In this document: one piece after another, positions 20,455-28,751 of the stretch
Layout of the letters: each line of letters starts with the position of its first letter
Position numbering within the stretch: position 1 is the first letter of the stretch
Origin: Candidatus Bipolaricaulota bacterium
Lineage (GTDB): Bacteria > Bipolaricaulota > Bipolaricaulia > Bipolaricaulales > Bipolaricaulaceae
Assembly (NCBI GenBank): GCA_021129895.1
Contig: JAJOKL010000004.1
Span: 1-45,555, forward strand
Direction of reading: 5' to 3'
DNA: 45,555 nt
Position numbers and translations under genes: made by a program
Notes under the pieces: generated by a model
What the model was told of the DNA's origin: nothing
Database searches by the model: none
The model's input: the letters and a program-made list of their open reading frames with translations, nothing else

Positions 20455-21229
20455 CGGTCCGGTCCGGCTGTTCGATACCCACACTCACCTCGATTTCTCT
20501 CAATTCGACCGGGATCGGGAGGAACTGCTCGCCGAGCTCAGGGAGCAGGGGATTGCGGCAGTGAACGTGGGGCTGGACCTCGATGCCTCCCGCGCTTCGT
20601 TGAGGCTGGCGGAAGGACATCCCCACGTGCTGGCCGCCTGCGGGTTCCATCCCCATGAGGCCAAGGCGTTTTCCCCTCAGGCCCAAGAAGCGCTGGAGGA
20701 ATTGCTCCGCCGGGGGGCGGTGGCGGTGGGGGAGATCGGCCTGGATTACTACCGGAACCTGTCGCCCCGGGAGGCCCAGCTTTCGGCATTCCGGGCTCAG
20801 CTCCAGCTGGCCAAGAAGCTTGACCTGCCGGTGATCCTCCACTACCGGGAGGCGGGGGAGGATTTCTTCCGGGTGCTGAGGGAGGAAGGGCCGCTACGGG
20901 GGGTGTGGCACGCCTTCTCCGGGGACGCTGCCCTGGCCCGGCGGGCCCTGGAGCTGGGGCTGCACCTCGGGATCGGGGGTCCCCTCACGTACCGGAAGAA
21001 CGAGCCCCTGAGGCAAGCGGTGACGCTGGTTCCGTTGGATCGCCTGCTCATCGAGACCGATGCCCCCTTCCTCCCCCCGGAGCCCTTCAGAGGCAAAAGG
21101 AACGACCCCCTCAAGCTGCGGCTGGTAGCCCTGAAGCTCGCTGAGCTTCTGGGGATCCCTTTGGAGGAACTGGCGGAGGCCACGTTCGAAAACGCGTGCC
21201 GGCTGTTCGGCGTCCGCCCCGGTTTCTGA
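20447..21229 (+). CDS. tatD: TatD family metal-dependent hydrolase
   Basis: [46 protein letters not shown] and [10 protein letters not shown] are TatD signature blocks. A GTG at 20447 overlaps the nnr stop. The longer ORF start at 20321 lies inside nnr. Confidence 0.85.
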   Translation: MASGPVRLFDTHTHLDFSQFDRDREELLAELREQGIAAVNVGLDLDASRASLRLAEGHPHVLAACGFHPHEAKAFSPQAQEALEELLRRGAVAVGEIGLDYYRNLSPREAQLSAFRAQLQLAKKLDLPVILHYREAGEDFFRVLREEGPLRGVWHAFSGDAALARRALELGLHLGIGGPLTYRKNEPLRQAVTLVPLDRLLIETDAPFLPPEPFRGKRNDPLKLRLVALKLAELLGIPLEELAEATFENACRLFGVRPGF

Positions 21230-21239
21230 GGAGGTAAAG

Positions 21240-21878
21240 GTGAAGATCTTTCTCGACACGGCGAACCTGGATGAGATCAAGGAGCTGGCGGATCTGTTGG
21301 ACGGGGTTACCACCAACCCCAGCTTGGTGGCCAGGGAAGAAAAGCCCTTTCGGGAACTGCTTTCCGAGATCTGCCGCTTGGTCCTGGGGCCGGTATCCGC
21401 CGAGGTGACCGCCTTGGATGTGGAGGGCATGGTGCGCCAGGCCCGGGAGCTCGCCAAGGTGGCGGACAACGTGGTCATCAAGATCCCCATGGGGCTTCCT
21501 GGAGTGCGGGCGGTCAAGCGACTGGCCGCCGAGGGGATCCCCACCAACGTGACCCTGGTGTTCTCCCCAGTGCAAGCCCTGTGGGCAGCCAAGGCCGGGG
21601 CCACCTACGTGTCCCCGTTCGTGGGCCGGATCGACGACCGGGCCGGGGACGGGATGGAACTAGTGGCCCAGATCCTAGGGATCTACGAGAACTATGGCTT
21701 TGACACCCAGGTGATCGTGGCCAGCGTCAGGCACGTCCGGCACGTGGTGGAGGCGGCCCTGCTCGGCGCCCCCATCGTGACCGCACCCTACCGGGTGGTG
21801 CGGCAGCTATTCGACCATCCCCTCACGGATCTCGGGATCGAGCGGTTCCTGGCTGACTGGGAGCGGGCAGCCGGCTGA
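21240..21878 (+). CDS. tal: Transaldolase (short, fructose-6-phosphate aldolase-like type)
   Basis: [15 protein letters not shown]...GVTTNPSL..., [25 protein letters not shown]. The product is 212 aa. GGAGG SD precedes the GTG at 21240. Confidence 0.9.
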   Translation: MKIFLDTANLDEIKELADLLDGVTTNPSLVAREEKPFRELLSEICRLVLGPVSAEVTALDVEGMVRQARELAKVADNVVIKIPMGLPGVRAVKRLAAEGIPTNVTLVFSPVQALWAAKAGATYVSPFVGRIDDRAGDGMELVAQILGIYENYGFDTQVIVASVRHVRHVVEAALLGAPIVTAPYRVVRQLFDHPLTDLGIERFLADWERAAG

Positions 21879-23040
21879 TGTCCCGCTGGGCGAGGGCCCT
21901 GTTGCTCATCGTCTTCGCCGTGGCCCTGTGGGGGGCCTTCGCCCCGGGCTGGGGGTGGCTGGCCTGGCTTGCCCCCGCCCCGTTCTTCCTGGCCTTGAGG
22001 GGATCGGGCCTAAAGCGCGGGTTCCTGTGGGGCCTCGCCGGTGGACTTCTATTCTTCCTGCTGGAGCTTTCCCCCATACTGGTCCTATGGCCGTTCCTGG
22101 GGGCGCTGTCCGTCCCAGCTTGGCTCTCCCTTTCCCTGTACGGGGCGCTGTTTTTCGCCGTGCTGGGGGCGATGGTGGGGTGGCGGAGGCGGCGGGGGAG
22201 CTGCGGGTGACATTGGTGCAGCCGGGCTTTTCGCAGGAGGAAAAACTGGACCGGGAAAACCTCCCCCAGCTCCTCGTTCGCTACCGGGAGCTCCTCTCCG
22301 GGATCCAGGGCCCGGTGGATCTGGTGGTGGTGCCGGAGAACGCCCTCCCTGCCTTCCTTCTTGAGGAATCCCAGTACCTCGCCCCGTTCCGGGAGACGGC
22401 CCGCCGGCTATCCTGTGATCTTTTGGTGGGGACCGGGGTGAGGAGGGAGGAGGGGGTCTTCAATTCCGTCCTCCTCATCCGCCCCAGCGGGGAGGTGGCA
22501 GGGGCTTACGACAAGGTGCGGCTGGTGCCGTTCGGGGAGTATCTCCCCGCCCGGGGGCTGTGGCGGGCGCTGGGCCTGGGGCCGTTGCTTGCGCGCCTGC
22601 TTCCCTACGATCTCGTCCCAGGGGCCGGACCTCAGCCTCTTGGGCCGTACGGGATCATGATCTGTTTCGAATCCCAGTTCCCCAGCCTGGCCAGAGGCCT
22701 GGCGGCGAAAGGAGCCCCGGTGTTGATCGTCCCCACCAACGATGCCTGGTTCGGAAGGAGCCGCTTTCTCCGTGAGCACTTCGCCATGGGGGCGCTCAGG
22801 GCGGCCGAGTGTGGCCGTGCCCTCCTGCAGGCAGCCCAGACCGGGGTCACTGGCGGCTTTGATGGGAGAGGTCGCTCGCTGGGGACACTGCCCCCCGGGG
22901 ACGAAGGGACTTTTGAGATTGCGGTGCCGCTCTGTCAAGGCCGCACCCCGTTCGTCCGCTGGGGGGACGCACCTGCCCTCCTCCTGGCAGGGGTCCTGGC
23001 CGGGGTGGGGGGCGCCTTCCGACGGCGTGGAGGGCGATAA
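21878..23040 (+). pseudogene. lnt: Apolipoprotein N-acyltransferase (Lnt), frameshifted and with a shortened membrane domain
   Basis: Frame 1 (21878-22210) gives only about 5 TM helices and then stops. The CN-hydrolase domain (LRVTLVQPGF..., VVVPENALP, YDKVRLVPFGEYLP, IMICFES, VPTNDAWFG, final TM) is in the frame of ORF 21928..23040. The switch falls in the G-rich stretch about 22165-22195. The total is about 387 codons against roughly 500 for typical Lnt, and no GFPW-type block was seen. Confidence 0.7.
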
Positions 23041-23077
23041 AAAGGAAGGTGGCCCCACCGCCGAGGGCGGCGGGGCC
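23037..23077 (-). terminator. Candidate intrinsic terminator for the PKD/TolB-like lipoprotein gene
   Basis: GC-rich hairpin 23051-23062 / 23066-23077 (11 of 12 bp, 3-nt loop). On the minus strand it is followed by ACCUUCCUUUUUAU. It sits between convergent genes. Confidence 0.45.
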
Positions 23078-23110
23078 GGCCGGGAACGCTTCCTGTCCCT
23101 TCAATCCCCC

Positions 23111-24376
23111 TTACGGGGCTCCGTCCGCAGGCCCGATGATGGAGTCAGCGGCGCTAGAGAGCTGGGTAACGGTGCCCGTGTTCAGGTCTACCAGGTAGAT
23201 CTGATAGCTTCCGCCGCCCACATCGCGCACGAAGGCGATGGCGTCCCCGGTCTCCACCCACCACGGATCGAACTCGTCCGCGGTCGTGTTGGGTGAGCCA
23301 CCGGAGTAAGCGTTTAGGTTTTGAGCGGTGGCGGTGGCCACGTCCAAGATCCAGATGTCCAGGCCGCCGCGGCCGCCCCCCCGGTCCGAGGTGAACGCGA
23401 TCTTGGTCCCGTCCGGGGACCAGGCCGGGGTGGAAAGGCCGCCTCCAGCTGGGAGGCCGGCCACGATCCCAAGGCCTGGATCGATGGCCCCATCGTGGCC
23501 ACCGGAGTCAAAGAGGAGCTCCGGGGCGGCCGCCCCCTCTCGCCAGATCCAAAGAGCCGAGCCGCCTTTGGCCGGCCCGCCCGAGCCCTTGTTGGATACG
23601 AACACCAGGTCCCCGTTCACCGGAGAGTAGGCCGGGGCTAGGGCCCAGGCCGGGGTCTGTACGGTGAGTTGGGTGACCGCGGTGGCGATGCCCCAGGGAT
23701 AGTCCACGGTCCAGATCTCCCAGTTTCCGGCCTGATCCGAGGCGAACGCGAGCTTGGTCCCGTCGTAGTACCAGGTGGGCTGGATCTCTGAGTAGGTCTG
23801 GACGTCCAGGTGCTCCAGGGCCAGGTCACTCACATCCGCCACCCCGATGTCCCAATCGCTCCCGCTCTCGTCCCAGAAGGACACGGCCAGCTTGTCCCGA
23901 GTGTTCCAGTTCAGGGCCGGGGTGATGCCATCGAACCGCAGCCCCTCTTCCTCGGTGCCGTCCAGCTTCACCCGGAAGATCTGCCAATCGAGATTGCGGT
24001 TCGAGGAGAAGTAGACCCGCGGCGCCAGCACCGTGATCACCACCGAGGCCTGGTCCTTCTGGCCCGCGTTGTCCTTCACCTCCAGGGTGGCGATGTAGGT
24101 CCCCTCGGCCTGGTAGGTGTGCTCCACCGGGACGGTGACGTCGGTGCCGGTGGCCGGCGGCGTCCCGTCCCCGAAGTCCAGGGTCCAGGCCACGATCTCC
24201 CCATCCGGGTCCCGGGAGCCCGACAGGTCGAAGGTGATCCTGATCGGGGCCTCGTAAGTCCTCTCCGGCTCATAGATGAGCACCGCCACCGGGGCCTGGG
24301 TGAAAAAACCTCTACAGGCCGAAAGCCCGATGGCCAGGCTCAACAGCAGCATTCCCGCCAATAACTTCCTGATCAT
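23111..24376 (-). CDS. Lipoprotein with a PKD domain and a TolB-like (PD40) beta-propeller
   Basis: ATG 24376 is preceded by AAGGAGGG. Lipobox LLSLAIGLSAC. PKD block FDLSGSRDPDGEIVAWTLDFGDGT...HTYQAEGTYIATLEVKDNAG. PD40-like repeats are present (KLAFASDQAGNWEIWTVD, KIAFTSDRGG..LDIWILD, AIAFVRDVGGGSYQIYLVD). Confidence 0.8.
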   Translation of the reverse strand: MIRKLLAGMLLLSLAIGLSACRGFFTQAPVAVLIYEPERTYEAPIRITFDLSGSRDPDGEIVAWTLDFGDGTPPATGTDVTVPVEHTYQAEGTYIATLEVKDNAGQKDQASVVITVLAPRVYFSSNRNLDWQIFRVKLDGTEEEGLRFDGITPALNWNTRDKLAVSFWDESGSDWDIGVADVSDLALEHLDVQTYSEIQPTWYYDGTKLAFASDQAGNWEIWTVDYPWGIATAVTQLTVQTPAWALAPAYSPVNGDLVFVSNKGSGGPAKGGSALWIWREGAAAPELLFDSGGHDGAIDPGLGIVAGLPAGGGLSTPAWSPDGTKIAFTSDRGGGRGGLDIWILDVATATAQNLNAYSGGSPNTTADEFDPWWVETGDAIAFVRDVGGGSYQIYLVDLNTGTVTQLSSAADSIIGPADGAP

Positions 24377-24497
24377 CTCTTCCCTCCTTACACGCAAGAT
24401 TGCACCGTTACCTTAGCTGTCGCCACCTGTGTCTCTGAGGACCGGAGGAAGTGGGGGAGGGTGGGTCCGTCCGGCGCAAGGGTGACGGCTGTCCGGG

Positions 24498-24525
24498 GGG
24501 AACCCCCCGGGCCGCTGGGTGTATA
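24498..24525 (+). promoter_or_regulatory. Candidate ECF-type autoregulatory promoter (GGGAAC-N16-TGTATA)
   Basis: GGGAAC at 24498-24503 and TGTATA at 24520-24525 resemble the GAAC-N16/17-CGT(A) class of ECF promoters. It lies about 25 nt upstream of the proposed sigma start. Motif match only. Confidence 0.35.
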
Positions 24526-24547
24526 TTGGGGTGGAAGGAGGGCGGGG

Positions 24548-25093
24548 TTGGTTCTCGGTGAACTGGAGCTGGTGCAGAGAAGCCTAGAGGGTGACCTTGA
24601 GGCATGGGGGGAGATCGTGAGGCGCTACAAGGAGGCGGTGTTCGGGGTGGCACTCGCCATCCTGCGCAATCGAGCGGATGCCGAGGACGCCACCCAGGAA
24701 GCGTTCATCCGGGCCTACGAGCGCCTCCACTACTACGACCTCTCCCGCAAGTTCTCCACCTGGCTGTTCGCCGTGGCCGCCAATGTGGCGAAGAACATGT
24801 TGCGCAAGCGACGGCGCCCTGACCCCCAACCCTCCCCCGGTCGGCTCCCGGATCCGGCCGAGGTGGTGTGGAAAGAGGAAATGCAAGAGGCGGTGAAGGA
24901 AGCGGTGTGGTCTTTGCCCGACTCGTATCGGGCACCACTGATCCTGCGGTACTGGCATGAGATGGACCTGGCGGAGATCGCACAGGTGCTCGGCCTCCGG
25001 GTGGGCACGGTGAAAACCCGGCTGCATCGGGGGCGAGCACTGGTGAAGATGCGCCTGGCTGAACAAGGGGTGATACATGATGTGGTCCAGTGA
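24548..25093 (+). CDS. ECF-type RNA polymerase sigma-70 family factor
   Basis: Region 2 (AEDATQEAFIRAYERL, FSTWLFAVAANVAKN) and region 4 (YRAPLILRYWHEMDLAEIAQVLGLRVGTVKTRLHRGRA). I propose a TTG start at 24548, 6 nt after AAGGAGG. The ORF is open from 24461, but that extension is Gly/Pro/Arg-rich. The start is uncertain. Confidence 0.85.
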   Translation: MVLGELELVQRSLEGDLEAWGEIVRRYKEAVFGVALAILRNRADAEDATQEAFIRAYERLHYYDLSRKFSTWLFAVAANVAKNMLRKRRRPDPQPSPGRLPDPAEVVWKEEMQEAVKEAVWSLPDSYRAPLILRYWHEMDLAEIAQVLGLRVGTVKTRLHRGRALVKMRLAEQGVIHDVVQ

Positions 25094-25619
25094 CCTGGAG
25101 GAACGGATCCGAGAGGTTCTGGCCCAAGAAGCGGAAGCGGCCCGGGAGGGGCTGGAAGGCCTGGAGGAGCGGGTGATGCGGGCCATCGCCCAGCGCGCCG
25201 CCCAACCCAGCCTGTGGCAGCGCCTTAAGGGGCGGTGGGGGCTCACTTTCTCCCCCCGCTGGGCACTGGCCGGGGCGGCTTCCCTCGCCCTGATCCTCGG
25301 GTTCGCGCTGGGTAGGATGTTCGCCCCCTCCCCTCTGCCCCTGTCCGCCCAGGCGGGCACCCTGTTCGCCGTGGTAAATCCCCAGGCCCACTCGGTGGCG
25401 GTGATGGGGGATTTCTCCGCCTGGGAACCCATCCCCCTCACAGATCCGGATGGAGACGGGATCTGGACAGCGGTGTTGGAACTCCCGCCGGGCCGGTACG
25501 CGTACGCGTTCTTGGTGGACGGCAGGTGGGTAGGACAGGATCCGCAGGCGGATGAGTACGTGCGCAGCTTCGGGGAGTACGCATCGGTGCGCTACGTGGG
25601 GACCGGAGGTGGAGCGTGA
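25077..25619 (+). CDS. Single-pass membrane protein (putative anti-sigma factor) with an extracytoplasmic CBM48/AMPK-beta-like glycogen-binding-type domain
   Basis: It overlaps the sigma gene by 17 nt. It has a short helical N-terminus, a TM segment ALAGAASLALILGFALG, then FAVVNPQAHSVAVMGDFSAWEPIPLTDPDGDGIWTAVLELPPGRYAYAFLVDGRWV. No HxxxCxxC zinc anti-sigma motif is present. Confidence 0.6.
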   Translation: MMWSSDLEERIREVLAQEAEAAREGLEGLEERVMRAIAQRAAQPSLWQRLKGRWGLTFSPRWALAGAASLALILGFALGRMFAPSPLPLSAQAGTLFAVVNPQAHSVAVMGDFSAWEPIPLTDPDGDGIWTAVLELPPGRYAYAFLVDGRWVGQDPQADEYVRSFGEYASVRYVGTGGGA

Positions 25620-26332
25620 GGAGCTGGGGCCTGGTGGGGCTGGTCCTCCTGATGGGAGGGCTCGGTTGGGCCCAAGTTCCTTTGGCCCCACCTGCCACCC
25701 CCGATCAGGTACTGGAGCTTCTCCAGACCCTGCCCGCTCCCCCTGACCTGAAACAGTCCTTGACCGGGGAGTTGATCGCCGCCATGCAGGAAGCCCGCCT
25801 CACCCCTGGGGTGGCCCTGGCCTTCCTCAAGGAGGTGGCGGAGCTGTCCCAGGCGGATGGGGAGGATGCGCTGGGGATACTCAACCACGCCCTGGCAGGG
25901 GGATACATCTTGGACCCACTTTTGAACGCGGCTCTGAAGGGGCTCCGGCTGGGCAGGCCCTGGTCGGAGGTGGCGGGGGTGTTGAAGCTGCGGATCAGAC
26001 TACTTGACACCACCCAGCAGGTGTTTCAGCGGCAGGGGGTCCTCCTTATGCCCCTGGGGGAGGCCCAGCCGTCCGTGCTGCGCGCCCCCCAGCCCGGGCC
26101 TCTACCCGAGGCGAAGTTGGTGTTGGAGACCGCTTGGGCCATCGGGGATTTCTTGGTGGCGGGGGGAAGCCCGGCCGATGCAGTAAGCATGGCGAGAGAG
26201 GTGGAAGAGCGGCTGTTGCGGCTACGAGGCTGGTTGCTGCCGGCCGACCTGGTGGACCGCCTGCTCGCAGAGCTATCGCCAGCCCTGATCCAGCAGATCG
26301 TGGGGCTGGCACTGAGTCCGGAAAGGAGGTAG
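25616..26332 (+). CDS. Hypothetical secreted helical protein
   Basis: The GTG overlaps the preceding stop (GTGA). Signal peptide WGLVGLVLLMGGLGWAQ. The protein is Leu/Ala-rich and helical-looking, and I recognise no family. Confidence 0.6.
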   Translation: MRSWGLVGLVLLMGGLGWAQVPLAPPATPDQVLELLQTLPAPPDLKQSLTGELIAAMQEARLTPGVALAFLKEVAELSQADGEDALGILNHALAGGYILDPLLNAALKGLRLGRPWSEVAGVLKLRIRLLDTTQQVFQRQGVLLMPLGEAQPSVLRAPQPGPLPEAKLVLETAWAIGDFLVAGGSPADAVSMAREVEERLLRLRGWLLPADLVDRLLAELSPALIQQIVGLALSPERR

Positions 26333-26334
26333 TG

Positions 26335-28182
26335 ATGAAGAAGTTGGCGCTGTTGGGATTGTTGCTTGTCACCTTGGGGGTAGTGGGATTCCCCCAGGTG
26401 GAGCCGTTGGGGATCATCATCGAACCCCCGGATGAGGGGTTGACCGTCAGCATCTGGGTGGACAAGCCCGTCTACGTCCTGGGTGAGCACATCACCATCC
26501 ACTTCGAGGTCAACCAGGATGCCTACGTGTACATCTGGGACATCTCCCCGGATGGGGTATGCCTGATTTTCCCTAACCAGATCGAGATGGACAATCACGT
26601 CACGGCAGGGCAGCACACCGTCCCCGGCCCCGGGATGCCGGATTACCTGCGGGTGGCCCCGCCGGTGGGCACGGAGTGGCTTCAGATCGTGGCCACCAAA
26701 CAGCCCGTGGACGCCATCGTCCAGCTCTTCGGGGGCTTCGCCCCCGGGTCGGAGTTCGCTTGCTCCCCGGCCGGCCGCCAAGCTGTGTCCCAGCTGGACC
26801 AGGTGAAGGCGATGATCGACGCCGCGGTCCCTGAGGAGGAGCGGGCGTTTGACTTCACCGGCTTCGAGGTGGTTTCCGGAGCCCCGCCGGCCTATGGCAC
26901 CCTGCAGGTGAGCACCAACCCGCCGCTGGCCCGGCTGTACGTGGAGGGGGTGTTCCGGGGTTGGACCCCCAAGTCAGTGAACCTGGTCCAGGGGTTCCAC
27001 GATGTGCTGATCCGCAAGACCGGGTACGAGGACTACTCGGCCCGGGTGTACATCATGGGCGGCCGCACCCGGACCCTGAACGTGACCCTCACCCCCCTGG
27101 CGATGAACCAACCGCCGGTGGCCCAGTTCACCTTCTCCCCTGCTAGCCCCCAGCCCGGGCAGTGGATCCAGTTCGACGCCACGGCTTCCTACGATCCTGA
27201 CGGCACCGTGACCGATTACCGCTGGGACTTCAACGCCGACGGGACGATCGACGCCACCGGCCCGGTGGTCTACTACCGGTTCATGGCAGTGGGGGTGTAC
27301 CCGGTGAGACTACAGGTGATCGACGACGATGGGGCTACCGGGGAGATCACCCAGCCGGTGACGGTGACCGCGCCGGCGCCCAACCAGCCGCCGGTGGCTC
27401 AATTCACCGTCTCCCCGGCCATTCCCCTGGTGGGCATGGCGGTGACGGTCGATGGTTCCGCCTCTTACGACCCCGACGGCACGATCACCAGCTACCAGTG
27501 GGATCTGGACGGGGATGGGGCGGTGGACCACTTCGGCCCGGTGGTGACCACCACCTACTACGCGCCGGGGGTGTACACCGCCACCCTGTACGTGACCGAC
27601 AACCAGGGGGCTACTTCCCAGGCCAGCCAGCCGGTGCAGGTGGTGGTGGGCCCGCCCGGGATGCCGCCCATGGGCGGGGTGCCGGGCATCTACGTCTGGG
27701 GCACTGATTCCTGGAACATCACGGTGAACGGGGCCTCCACCTGGACCACCGCCCATGCCTACCGGCTGGAGCTGCGCACCGACGGGGAGTTCGTCAACCT
27801 TTCCACCGCGGCGGGGCCGGCCCCGCTGGGGTTGGTACCTGAGCCGGTCAGCGAGGGTTGGAGGATGGTGCTGGAAGGCGTGGTGACCTCAAACTGGATC
27901 ACCTACACGTTCCAGGTCAGGAACGCCCAATCCATCCACTTCGACCTGCGGCTGGACATCGATGGCGACGGGGATCTGGAGCGCTCGGCCGGGTTCGTGC
28001 ATCTGCGGCAGCTGATGGTGAGCCCGCCCACCAACCCGTTCGTGGTGGGGATCCCCGAGGGCTACACCGGCCCGTTCGTCCCCTCCATCAACTTCCGGGT
28101 CGGCCAGGCTTATGCCTACTCGGAGCACGTGAGGATCGTCTACTACCTCACCACCATCGAGGCGCTGGAGGGAGGCTCCTAG
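26335..28182 (+). CDS. Secreted multidomain protein: DUF4384-like, PEGA, two PKD domains, and an unknown C-terminal domain
   Basis: AAAGGAGG SD precedes ATG 26335. Signal peptide MKKLALLGLLLVTLGVVG. DUF4384-like block (VYVLGEHITIHFEVNQDAYVYIWDISPDGVCLIFPN). PEGA-like block (GTLQVSTNPPLARLYVEGVFRGWTP...GFHDVLIRKTGYEDY). Two PKD repeats each begin NQPPVAQFT.SPA and contain ASYDPDGT...W.F..DG. Confidence 0.8.
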   Translation: MKKLALLGLLLVTLGVVGFPQVEPLGIIIEPPDEGLTVSIWVDKPVYVLGEHITIHFEVNQDAYVYIWDISPDGVCLIFPNQIEMDNHVTAGQHTVPGPGMPDYLRVAPPVGTEWLQIVATKQPVDAIVQLFGGFAPGSEFACSPAGRQAVSQLDQVKAMIDAAVPEEERAFDFTGFEVVSGAPPAYGTLQVSTNPPLARLYVEGVFRGWTPKSVNLVQGFHDVLIRKTGYEDYSARVYIMGGRTRTLNVTLTPLAMNQPPVAQFTFSPASPQPGQWIQFDATASYDPDGTVTDYRWDFNADGTIDATGPVVYYRFMAVGVYPVRLQVIDDDGATGEITQPVTVTAPAPNQPPVAQFTVSPAIPLVGMAVTVDGSASYDPDGTITSYQWDLDGDGAVDHFGPVVTTTYYAPGVYTATLYVTDNQGATSQASQPVQVVVGPPGMPPMGGVPGIYVWGTDSWNITVNGASTWTTAHAYRLELRTDGEFVNLSTAAGPAPLGLVPEPVSEGWRMVLEGVVTSNWITYTFQVRNAQSIHFDLRLDIDGDGDLERSAGFVHLRQLMVSPPTNPFVVGIPEGYTGPFVPSINFRVGQAYAYSEHVRIVYYLTTIEALEGGS

Positions 28183-28694
28183 GCCTCCGCGGGAGCCGCG
28201 CTGGGGACCCGGCCGCCGGGGAGGCGGCCGGGTCCCTTTCCGATCGCCCCTTCCAGCTCCAGCAGCTTGAGCTTCCACTCAAGGCCGGGGCCGAACCCGC
28301 CCAGCCCCCCATCGGCCCGCACCACCCGGTGGCAGGGGACAAGGATCGGCACGGGATTCGCTCCCACCGCCCCGCCCGCGGCCCGGGCCGCCCGGGGATG
28401 GCCGATCCTGCCGGCGAGTTCCCCATAGCTGACCACCTGCCCATAAGGGATCTTGCGCAGCTCCTCCCATACCGCCAGCTGAAACGGCGTCCCGGCGAGG
28501 GACAGGGGCAGGGAGAACGCCTGCGTCTTCCCGGAAAAATAGGCATCAAGCTGCCGGCCAAGTTCGAGGAAGGGGCCGCCCCGGACGAGCGGCGCCGGCG
28601 GGGGGAAGCCGGGGAAGCGTAGGGTGCAGAAGCCCCGTCCGTCCCAGGCGGCGTAGAAACATCCCCAACGGGTAGGCACCTCTCCCCAGTGCAT
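28179..28694 (-). CDS. ogt: Methylated-DNA--protein-cysteine methyltransferase
   Basis: TPFQLAVWEELRKIPYGQVVSYGELA and the active site PILVPCHRVV. The product is 171 aa. Confidence 0.9.
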   Translation of the reverse strand: MHWGEVPTRWGCFYAAWDGRGFCTLRFPGFPPPAPLVRGGPFLELGRQLDAYFSGKTQAFSLPLSLAGTPFQLAVWEELRKIPYGQVVSYGELAGRIGHPRAARAAGGAVGANPVPILVPCHRVVRADGGLGGFGPGLEWKLKLLELEGAIGKGPGRLPGGRVPSAAPAEA

Positions 28695-28712
28695 GCCCGG
28701 AGTTTATCCCCT

Positions 28713-28742
28713 TTGGAGCCTGCCGGGCAGCGTCCGTACAAT
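28713..28742 (+). promoter_or_regulatory. Candidate promoter TTGGAG-N18-TACAAT driving a (near-)leaderless mRNA
   Basis: TACAAT at 28737-28742 lies 9 nt before ATG 28752, with no SD in between. Confidence 0.4.
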
Positions 28743-28751
28743 GGTTTGCCC

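Noticed and set aside
27100-27420. Nearly repeated DNA segment (aaccaaccgccggtggcccagttcacc... / aaccagccgccggtggctcaattcacc...) as a possible repeat element
   Set aside because: The two copies are the starts of two tandem PKD domains in one protein. This is an internal domain duplication, not a mobile or CRISPR-type repeat.
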